This document shows, in pieces, positions 43,506-54,516 of a stretch of DNA of 64,000 bases (the stretch's first letter is position 1; each line of letters begins with the position of its first letter). Made by a program: the position numbers and the translations under genes. The DNA comes from Vermamoeba vermiformis (taxonomy: Eukaryota), in NCBI GenBank assembly GCA_045837725.1, contig JBEWZL010000163.1, forward strand, positions 434,001 through 498,000, given 5' to 3'. The notes under the pieces are model-generated. The model saw only the letters and a program-made list of their open reading frames with translations. It ran no database searches and was not told the DNA's origin.

Positions 43506-46054
43506 TTATTTACAGGTGGCTCCGCATCGAGTTACGAGCCACTTAGGTATAGGACATTTAAATGGGTTATTAGAGGCATTACAAGTCTGCAGTTGAGGTG
43601 GGGGTAGCAGATCCGATCTGACCGACGTAAATTGATTGTTTGAAATATCTAAGGTGCGGACACCTTGCCACTGACTATTAGTGAGTGGAAATTGCCCACT
43701 TAACGAGTTATTGGCCAATATTATTGAACCCGCGTTGATGACTTGCCATGCATCCAGCGTGCCAGTCAAGCGATTATTGGCCAGATTGACATCTCCAACG
43801 TATCCAATATAACGAGGCACAGTTCCTTCTAATTGATTTGACTGGAAGTTGCCTCGGAGTAAACCACGTGGCAGTACCGGTAATTGGCCGCTGAGTTGAT
43901 TTTCTTGCAGCTGCAGATCTTCGACTTTGGATCCTGTCAGCCAAGTTGGGACAGTGCCAGTCAGATTGCATCCGTGGGCATATAATAAGCCCAACACGGG
44001 TGGGTCTACAGCAGACGGAATTGTTCCGCTGAGTCTCGGGTTGTACGCCAGCTCCAGTTTACGCAAGGACGGCAGTTCGAACAGGCCAGCAGGCAACGTG
44101 CCAGAGATGTCGTTGCCCGATAGTGAGAGCATTCCTAGAAGATCCAAATAGGCTATTATCGGTGGTATTGTGCCGCGAAGTCCGTTGTTTGCAAGGCTTA
44201 TTTGTACGACACGTGCACTAGAACAATGAACGCCGTACCAAGTGCACATGTCCAATGATGTCAACCAGCCGTAATTGCTAGTCCAGTTGGCACCTCCTGT
44301 AGCCATAAATAGTTCTTCCAACACTCGTTTGTCTGTGTCGCGGTCAAGAACTCTTGGAACTGGTGGTCCCGCGATGGGTGTCAACGAGAGTGGTGTGTTT
44401 TGACTTTGATCCCGATACACTACGAAGTATATTGCAACTGCACCACTTATGAATAATGCAGCGCCGGCAAGGACAAATAATAGCCACTGCCAAAAAGGTG
44501 TTCGCTTTCGATCGTGTCTGGTGTCATGCTTCGTTTTACGTGTCTGCGCATGGTCTGAAAACATACTGCCCGGTTGATGTTGATATTTCACAATAGCTTC
44601 TCGCTTCACAAACTCCGCGTACAAGATGTCGATTGATTTTTGGATGTGTTCATTTTCAGTTCTGATGTTCGAGATGTCTTGGTAGTTCTTTTTGATTGAC
44701 TCGTTCAAGTACGGTAATAGTGCTTCATAGTCCACGTGTAGAATACCTGCAGTAGACTGTAAGTTCGGTGAATTGCGTAAATAGTGAAGGCTGGCACGTA
44801 CCATCGATGAGTTGCACAGCTTCAGGAACAACACTCTCCACTTGTTGTGCAATGAAACCAACAAATCGTTTGTTCACTGATGATGCAATGCCTTGCTTGA
44901 ACTTGTATGCCACACCGTCGATTTGCATCAGAACATTGCGACAGTCGTAGTCTATGGAAAGTGTCAGTCACCACTTTGACACGTGTCAATGAAACCAAGT
45001 GCACGTACCGTCGATGAGCTTCCTGATGTCTTCTTTGATATTGATATCTGATGCTTTGTAGAAGTTGAGTGCTCTGAAGTTTCCTATCACCTCCGCATTG
45101 CCGTTGTACAGCACCATGTATTGGTCGTTTAAGTTACCACGTTGCGAGCTCCTGCTCATCATTAGTAACGTGTTGTTGTATAGTTGAATAACTTATTTAC
45201 GTACAAGGTCTGGGGTACTAGCTCGCTATATAGTTTCATGGCTTGACCCATGTCTCTGTACAATATTAATGATGCGCAAACATGACGTGTTTAGCCGCTC
45301 AAACTTACGGGATCTCGTACGATTCATTTTCGCTGTATTGCTCAGGATGTGATTCGATCGAGTTGTTTACTTCATCCGAGGGTATGATATATGGATGCTC
45401 GTATTCTTGAGGCAAATTTGAGAAGTAGTTGGATTCGCTTTCAGACCTCGGGTGAGGAGGTTCTAATACATTTAAGTTCGGCATATTATTGACATTATTG
45501 TTGGTCACGTTATTATCTGTCCACGAGATAAATATGCAAGCAGAATCTACGATAATAAATTGTCTTGTTAGCAAAATCGCATTCTAATAATTTTCTGACT
45601 CACCTTCATCGTCTCCCTCTCGTGCCTTCCTTCTTTTTGGATATAATAAAAATATTGGAGATGACCCAGTTTGAATAAGTTCTCCTGCATGGTTGAAACA
45701 AGAAACATCCACTCGAACATTGATTCTTCCACCAGTTCCTGATTTTCTAAAATCGAAAAATCCATGATTGATTTTTATTCGAAGGAATACTCCCTCTATT
45801 GCGTTCACTCGGTCAGTTGCAGGCTGGGAATAATGGATCTTTCTTTTTGCGAAACTGAAACATTCTGGTGGGACAGCACACAAGTCATCAACGTTGAATA
45901 ATCGCAGACTGTATTGCAGTGATTGAGTTTGTTCATGATATTGCAAGCGAAAGCCAAATTGATTTGCCTGAGAGAAAGGAACGATTGTCACGTTCGACGG
46001 AGCATTAATCGGCAAAAATAACCGAAAAATGCTCCTGATATGTATATTAAACAT
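43506..46054 (-). CDS. MYRF-like S74-LRR membrane-tethered factor, copy A (6 exons)
   Basis: Splices in frame: beta-rich N-domain ending PKRRK, linker, NGNAEVIGNFRALNFYKASDINIKED (Ser codon 45049-45051), GFIAQQVESVVPEAV, VDYEALLP, coiled coil, TM, LRRNT (CTWYGVHC), LxxNxLxGxIP LRRs, C-cap NPFKCPIP. Confidence 0.85.
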
Positions 46055-46332
46055 GTCAAAATTACAATTAAAACAGACGTGAATAAAAAATTCGGTTTAC
46101 GTTTCCCGAACGAACAAAATTAAATCCCTGACAGCTGTCAAATTAGAAGCACAAAAATCTATATTGACTTCATGCAACGCTAACAAGCTTATAAATGATA
46201 CAAACAGAATAGTGCACGCTTTTCGCGGGCACTTCGCGTTAAATTATTAACGCCCCTAACGCTAAATTGAAACCATGGTCCAGCCCTGTAGATTCTGAAG
46301 TACATCAATCTTCAACATATTGACGACGCTAT

Positions 46333-48650
46333 TCACGCACACTTGGCATTACATTTAAAGGCCCAATCAGGTAACGGACACTTGAATGGAACATTAGACA
46401 AGTCACACGATCGCAGGGTCGGTTGTCCAGGCACAGCAACATTTTCTATAATTCTTGAAATAGCCGTGTACGACACATCGAGCAACACCAATGATCGCAA
46501 CTGAACTGACCACAGCGTGAGATTGCCAGTGAGATTGGGGTTGTGAGATATATTGAGTTTTATGATGTGCGTCAGATTGCTAAGGCTGCCGACATCACCA
46601 GACAAGTTGTTATGAGCCACGTTAAATGTGCTCGTGATCATTGTTCGATTGCGAGTCGGAATTTCATCGAACGGAGGCAAGACACCTTCGAGCAAGTTGT
46701 TACTGACATCAAACTCTACTGGCAAGAAGTTCGGTATCGTGCCTGTCAGTCTATTGTGTGCTGCAATAAAGACCATTCCCGGGTTTGAACTAACTGTTGA
46801 TGGGATTGGTCCAGTGAGTCGGTTGTTCATGACGTTAAATCTTTCAATTTTTCGCAAGAGTCCACTCGGAATAGTGCCGTTGAGTTGATTGTAAGACAAA
46901 TTAATTTGCCACCAATTTAGCTTGCTGAACGATGAGGGAATCGTGCCTTTTAAAGAGTTGTTTGTCAAGTCTAATGTCACTAATCGAAAATGCGGCTCTT
47001 CGCACTGAATGCCGTGCCAATGGCACTCTGACACGCTCTTGTTGAGCCAGTGCGTGTTGATCAGCCAGTTCGGACCGTCAGTTGCATCATAGAACTCCTT
47101 CAATATGCGATACTCTTCGGTTGTCGGGTCATCTGGAGGTAAAGGTATTGCTGGTGGTTGATGTGAATCTGGTGGGCCTTTCACTCTCCTCATGTACGAA
47201 ATGACTTGTATTGACACTATTAGCACAACTGCTAGTGCCAATAATGCAATGAGTCCTTTCCACGCAGGATGAATTCGTGATCTGTTTGAGCGATCTGCAT
47301 TGTCACGTTGTTTTTGTTCATGTTGTTGTCTTCTTCGATCGTCTCGTGTCACGAATTCATTGTAGATCTGATCGAGTATTTGTTTCAACACTTCATTCTC
47401 TGTTTTGATGTCTTTGAGATCACTGAAGTTGGCTCGAATTGACTCGTTCATGAAAGGAAGACGTGACTCGTAGTCAACATGCAAGATACCTACAAAGGCC
47501 AGACATTAGTAGTTAGCACAATAGTAAATTGATCGCACGTACCATCGATGAGTTGCACAGCTTCAGGAACAGCACTCTCCACTTGTTGTGCAATGAAACC
47601 AACAAATCGTTTGTTCACTGATGATGCAATGCCTTGCTTGAACTTGTATGCCACGCCATCGATTTGCATCAGAACATCGCGAGGTGTGACATCTAAAGTT
47701 TGATTTAACACTTTGAGATACGATCATGATGAGTTCGAATACGTACCTTCGAAGAGTAGCCTGATGTCCTCTTTGATATTGATATCTGATGCTTTGTAGA
47801 AGTTGAGCGCTCTGAAATTTCCTATCACCTCGGCATTGCCGTTGTAGAGCACCATATATTGTTCGTCTTGATGCTGTAGAAACGCTTCCTCAATTGATTG
47901 AATCGCGCTACTTGATCCATGAAAAAGTTGCAGTTCTTGGGTAACACTTTAATATTATCATTATTAATAACTCTTATATTTTGACTTATAATCGTACGCT
48001 AGGGCCTCTGGGATAGCGCGTTCGGTTAAATAAGCGTTTTCCAAATCCGATCCTTCGCCGTCTTCATGTCCCACATTGCTGAGCAGACCATCGTGCTGAA
48101 CAACCTTGTCTTGCCAATTCAATTCGAGATATGCTATAATAAGCGAGTACAATTAACGTTAAACTCGATATTAAAAATATTATTTGCAATTTAGATAATA
48201 ATGTTATAATTAATTACTTACGCTGACGTGATGAAGCTGTTCTTGGTTTTGAAGGATTTCGAATATTGTGGAGACCGCTCGTTGAATAAAAACATTATTT
48301 GAAAAATAATCCAAAGAGAGTTGTGCTTTTTGAGGTCCTTCAAGTGTTCGAAAATCGAATACTCCATGATTTATGCGTAATTGAAGAATAATTCCTTCGA
48401 TTTGATTGTTTTCGTCTCGTTTGAAAGAGACCGGATTTCCTCCCCATGATGCCCAGTTATTAATCTGCCTCGATTCACCATTATCTGTGATATACAACTC
48501 CAAGTTATACGTATGATATTGGTCTGACTTGTGGTCGTACAATTTAAAACCGAAAGTGTTGTGCAGATTCAGCGTTTCCGCTTTCAGTTTCCTCGGGCAA
48601 TTTAAGGGCACGAACACTGCAAAAATATTTCTAATATACACTTGCTCCAT
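46333..48650 (-). pseudogene. MYRF-like S74-LRR factor, copy B, with a 1-bp deletion at the end of exon 1 (pseudogene or assembly error)
   Basis: Paralog of copy E. CTT-CAAAA-CCAAGA versus CTT-CCAAAG-CCAAGA in E at ~48251 shifts the phase before the conserved donor. All downstream exons (Ser 47787-47789, S74, TM, LRR) are otherwise open. Confidence 0.7.
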
Positions 48651-48752
48651 TACATACTTTAATTTTGAGGTAAACGAGCAATTTTAATTGGTTCTGACAT
48701 GAGACCAGTTTGGGACACGTTGTTACTGGTGAGATCTAGCGCTAACTTTCGT

Positions 48753-51443
48753 TTATGTACATACAGCGTTACAAATATTTTCGGCCCAGTCAGGCAGCGG
48801 ACATGCTAGTGCATTATTGTCTAAATCGCAACTTTTTAAACCCACCGTCGAGCTTTGTAGCGAGACCGATGAAAAATTGTTGTTTGCTAAATTGAGTACC
48901 ATAATCGTCGAGAGAAAATTACCACCAATTGTTCCGCTTAGCATATTATTACTGAGATCCACCTTTGACGCATGCCCACAATTTTTGATCGGACCCAAAT
49001 TTCCTGTCAACTTGTTGCCAGCCAAATATAGCTCTTGTGAACAACTCGGAGGCAATTTGCCTTCAAAGTTATTCCTCGAAGCTTTGAACGACGTTATTGT
49101 TATAGTTGGAGGAAGAGCTCCGATGAAGTTGTTGTCACTCAGATCGATCTCCCAAAGAAGACGGCCTGACAAACTATTCGCAGGCAAAGTTCCAGACAAG
49201 TTGCAGTTCTGTAAATATACGTTCTTCAAGCTAACCATGCGAGGAATCCATTCGGGGAATCCTCCGCCGATTCCTGCATTGTCTGCGATTTCGAACCATT
49301 GCAAGGTTTGCGAGAGTTGAATGAACTCTGGCCAAATCTCGCCGTGCAGATTGTTGTGTGATAGTACTAGATTTTCAAGCGACATGAGGTTCGTTAGTGA
49401 CTTCGGGATTGTTCCGCGTAGATAATTGTAGCTCAGATCCAAGATATGAAGATTGGTGAGGTTTCCGATCGATTCAGGAATTGTTCCGTTGAGTCCAAAC
49501 GTCGATAGATTAATCAATACGACACGTGCCATATCGTCGACGGTAGTGCATTCTATTCCGGCCCAGTCACACATGCTTCGTGCAGTCATCCATCCTTTGT
49601 TGAGAATCCAGTTCGGTCCGTCAGTGGCATTGAATAGCTCCATTAGCATGCGTCTATCATCAGCGTAATCATTGTTAACTTTGGCCGGAGTGACCGGTGC
49701 AATCGGGATCTGATGTGTCGTGTTGAAGTTTTGAGGGCCATTGAAACCATGATTGATGAAGACCATCAATCCTCCACCTGCAGCGAATAAGGCCACACCA
49801 ATCACTGCAATGACGAGCCAGTGCCACCAAGGCCTTTTGTTGCGTTCACTCTGTTGACTGTGAGCATATTTTGTTATCGGAGCATCGGGTGCTTGTTGAG
49901 TGGTCACGTAGTTCGAGTACAAGTTGTCAACAATGACGCGCATGCCTTCTGTCTCGGACAAGCGAGATGATATGTCTCTGTAGTTCTGCTTGACGGACTC
50001 GCTCATGTATGGAATCAGCGCTTGATAGTCAACATGTAGAATGCCTGAAAGAGGTCGTTAAAGATGTTATCCACTGTCAAAATTCGGTCTTTCGGAAAGT
50101 TCATTTGAGCAATGAACCCGAGTATATACGAATGTAAATGATATGTTTAGGCATCAAAGTTCGCACGATAAGTAAAAGAATCATAATGTTCGCACGTACC
50201 GTCAATGAGCTGCACAGCTTCAGGAACAACACTCTCCACTTGTTGTGCAATGAAACCAACAAATCGTTTGTTCACTGAAGATGCAATGCCTTGCTTGAAC
50301 TTGTACGCCACGCCATCGATTTGCATTAACGCGTCACGACAGTCGTGGTCTAGGAAAAGCATCAGTCACCTTTTGACACGTGTCATTACTAAAGTACTCA
50401 CCGTCAATGAGCCTGCGAATGTCTTCTTTTATCCTCACGTCCGACGCCTTGTAGAAGTTGAGTGCTCTGAAGTTACCAACAACTTCTGCATTGCCGTTGT
50501 ACAGCACCATGTATTGGTTGTCCCTATTCGCCGTTGAGCGCGTTAGACTTCTCTAACGATGATTAGAATACTACTTACATTGACCTTAATGATTGTATAT
50601 TTCCATATGGTAGCTCTACTATGCTGACGTTGTCACCACTAACAATTGTAACTGTTAGATCTGATGTTTGGTTCAAGCGCAAGGGTCGTACCTGTCTTCG
50701 TCCGACATTATTTGATCGCTGTTATTATAGTTGACGTTGTTGATACTATAAATCGGGGAATTTTCGACTTGTTCGTAAGGACTAACAGTACTTGCTGTCA
50801 GTATGGGCGATGTGTCTAGCGCGAGTTGATCTGGTTTTGGTGTAGCCAACGAGATTGGAGTATCTAACCATGAAAAATACAGCGTATCCTCGCCTACAAT
50901 ACCGTGTTAATAATGATTACTCGGGATGATCTCGTAGAAAGCAAAACCAGAAAAAGTTAAATTAGATCTACCTTCAGCGGCTTCATGAAGAACGTCTGAT
51001 TCGCCCGCGCGTTTCTTTCGATATATTAAAAATGATGCGCTTGTTGCTTGCTTGATAAGGGTGTTTGTTTGGTCAAAACAATTGACACGAATCTGACACA
51101 ACTGCTCTTTCTTCAGTTTTCTGAAATCGAACACGCCTGGATCCACTCTAAGTTGTACCAATATTCCTTGGGTATTATTTGGAGAATAATTGTGCTGAAC
51201 GGAGACTGCATTTCGTTTTGCCAAACTGAAACAATTTTTCTCGAGCTTGAAAAGGCTTGATGTTTTGTCGTCAAATATGAATAACTCGAATTCGAATTTA
51301 TTTAATATTTGTGATGTTGAATCGGTGATGTTGAAGCCAACCGTATTGCGCTCCTGTTCTTCGACAGGAACTAATTTAGCCCTGAGGGGACAGTTGAAAG
51401 GAATAAATAAAGAGAATAAGTTTCGAACATGTATACGCTGCAT
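48753..51443 (-). CDS. MYRF-like S74-LRR membrane-tethered factor, copy C (6 exons)
   Basis: In-frame splicing. N-domain ends YRKKR, FYKASDVRIKED (Ser 50442-50444), S74 core, TM WWHWLVIAVIGVALFAAGGGLMVFI, longest LRR ectodomain. Confidence 0.85.
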
Positions 51444-51641
51444 TTGTGTATTAACATTGTTTGCGGTTAAGCGAAAATTAAAGCTTGAATTAGCGCAACC
51501 GATTCACAAAATCGTAGGGGACTTGCTGAATTTTGCGTTCGGAATGCGTACATATATTGGGAGAACGACGTGCAAACACTAAAACAACTCATTACAACGC
51601 TCGACAAGAATAAAACATGGAAGATCCCGTGGTTTACAATA

Positions 51642-54163
51642 TTATTTACAAGTGGCTCCGCATTGTGTAACAAGCCAACGAGGGACAGGGCATTTGAAAG
51701 GGTTATTCGAGGCATTACACTTTTGTAGAAGAGGCGGCATCAGCAGATCTGATCTGACCGACGTAAATTGATTGTTTGAAATATCCAAGGTCATCATTGC
51801 ATTTAATTGGCTGTTAGTGAATGGAAAATGACCACTTAACGAGTTATTAGCCAATATTAGTTGACCTGCTGAGAACGATCTCGCCCAAGTTTCGAGCGTT
51901 CCATTCAAGCGATTGTTCGCCAGATTAATGGTTGGAATGGTTCCAATAATTCGCGGTACAGAGCCTTCAAATTGATTCGATTCAAATACTCCTCTGCCTC
52001 TTTCCCCTAGAGTAAGCACTGGTATTCGGCCAGTAAATCGGTTGAATTGCAACTGCAGATCTTGGACTTTGGATCCTGTCAGCCAATTTGGAACATTGCC
52101 AGTCATATTGCATCCACGTAACCATAGTTTGTATATAGCAGGTGGCTCGACGTTTGGAATTGTTCCGCTAAGTCTGGGATTGTACGACAGATTCAGTGAC
52201 ACCAAGCTTGGCATAGTGAAAAGACTGTCAGGCAGTGTGCCAGAGATGTCGTTTTGAGTCAGCGAGAGACTCGTCAAACTATCTAAATTGCTTATTGATG
52301 CTGGAATCGTTCCCGTGAGTTTGTATTCTGTAAGTCGAATAATACTAACGCGCGAATTGGTATCGCACTGAATGCCAGTCCAAGTGCATATGTCCAATGA
52401 CGTCAGCCAGCCATAATTGTTCGTCCAGTTGGCACCTCCCGTCGCTAGAAAGAACTCTTCCAACGCTAGCCTGTCTGTGTCGCGGTCAAACCCTTTCGGT
52501 CCACCAGTGGGTGCGTGTGGGTCTGGACTCTGATTCTGAGCCACTATGAAGTACACTGCAACTGAGCCACTTATGAATAGCACAACACCAGCGAGCACGA
52601 ATAATATCCACTGCCAAACAGGTGTTCGCCTTCGATAGTCTTTCTTGTCATTCTTGTTTTTGTGAGGCATCGCATTGTCTGAAAACATACTACTCGGATT
52701 GTTCTGATATTTCACAATAGCTTCTCGTCTGACGAACTCCGTGTACAAGATATCGATTGACTTCTGAAGTTGTTGATTTTCAGTTCTGATGTTCGAGATG
52801 TCTTGATAGTTCTTTTTGATTGACTCGTTCAAGTACGGTAATAATGCTTCATAGTCAACGTGTAGAATACCTGTAGTTGACTGTAAGTTCGATGAATTGC
52901 GTCCGATAGTATCAATCGATAGCACGTACCATCGATGAGTTGCACAGCTTCAGGAACAACACTCTCCACTTGTTGTGCAATGAAGCCAACAAATCGTTTG
53001 TTCACTGACGATGCAATGCCTTGCTTGAACTTGTATGCTACACCATCGATTTGCATCAGGACATCGCGACAATCGTGGTCTATGTAAAGAGTCAGATTGA
53101 CACGTGTCAAATAAATCAATGCGCACGTACCGTCGATGAGCTTCCGAATGTCCTCTTTGATCCTCACATCTGATGCTTTGTAGAAGTTGAGTGCTCTGAA
53201 GTTTCCAAGGACTTCTGCATTGCCGTTGTACAGCATCATGTACTGATCGTTACTGCACGCCATTAATAAGCGATTGTTTCAGTAATAAGAAGGGTAATTG
53301 CTTACGAGGTCTGAGGTACTAACTCGCTATACAGCTGCATGGCGTGTCTCGTATCACTATACTATATTAATGATGCGCAAACATGACGTGTTGCAACAAT
53401 CGAACTTACAAGTGCTCGTACGAATCATTCTCGCTGTATTGCTCAGGATGTGATTCAGCTGAGTTATTTACTTCAACATCTTCTGAGGGCATGATATATT
53501 GATTGTCGTATTCTTGAGGCAAATTTGAGAAGCTGTAAGTCGGCGATTCATGAATTTCAGAGCTGAGGTCTGACGACAATGAAACATTTGTGTTGTTGAT
53601 GTTAATATTATTATTGCTCGTGCTGCTATTTAACCATGATATTGCTAAGCAAGCAGAGTCTGCAATTAATTTTGTAAACGTTAGCAAAATCAAATCTGGT
53701 TCTATTTGTTTTCTGACTCACCTTCGTCATCTCCCTCTCGTGCCTTTCTTCTTTTTGGATATAATAAAAATATTGGAGATGACCCAGTTTGAATAAGCTC
53801 TCCTGCATTGTTGAAACAAGAAACATCCACTCGAACATTGATTCTTCCACCAGTTCCTGATTTTCTAAAATCGAAAAATCCATGATTGATTTTTATTCGA
53901 ATAAAAGCTCCCTCGATTGCGTTCGCTCGGTCAGTTGCAGGCTGAGAATAATGGATCTTTCTTTTTGCAAAACTGAAACATTCTGGAGAGACGCCACACA
54001 AATCATCAACGTTGAATAATCGAATATTATATTGAAGTGATTGAGTTGGTTCTTGTAAGTGAAAGCCAAACTGATTTGCTTGAGAGAAAGGAACGATTGT
54101 CACGTTCGATGAAGCATTAATCGGCAGATATATCCGAAAAATACTCCTAACGTGCATGAACAT
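51642..54163 (-). CDS. MYRF-like S74-LRR membrane-tethered factor, copy D (6 exons; sister of A)
   Basis: In-frame splicing. N-domain ends PKRRK, FYKASDVRIKED (Ser 53171-53173), S74 core, TM, LRR ectodomain. Confidence 0.85.
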
Positions 54164-54516
54164 TTGTATAATACTAAAAATGTTTTACAGATCTCCAATC
54201 TGTCAATCGTAAACCCAAAATTGGAATGAGACCGAAGGAAATTTCATGTTTGTCCCATATTCACACGCACACATCTACTGATTGTGCGCATTCTTGAAGC
54301 TCCGTGACAAGAATACCATACGGAAAGTGTTGAGTTCGTTTTATCACGACGTGCAAACAGCGACATTTCTTATCGGTCATTCAGGCAACGGACACGCGGT
54401 CTGTTTGACAAACCACCAATTGTTCCACTCAATTGGTTATTACTACGATCCACATTCTCCCATCTATTTCTCGTTTGCTTCTGCCTCTTGTATACCTTCG
54501 ACGCGTACCAGGTACT

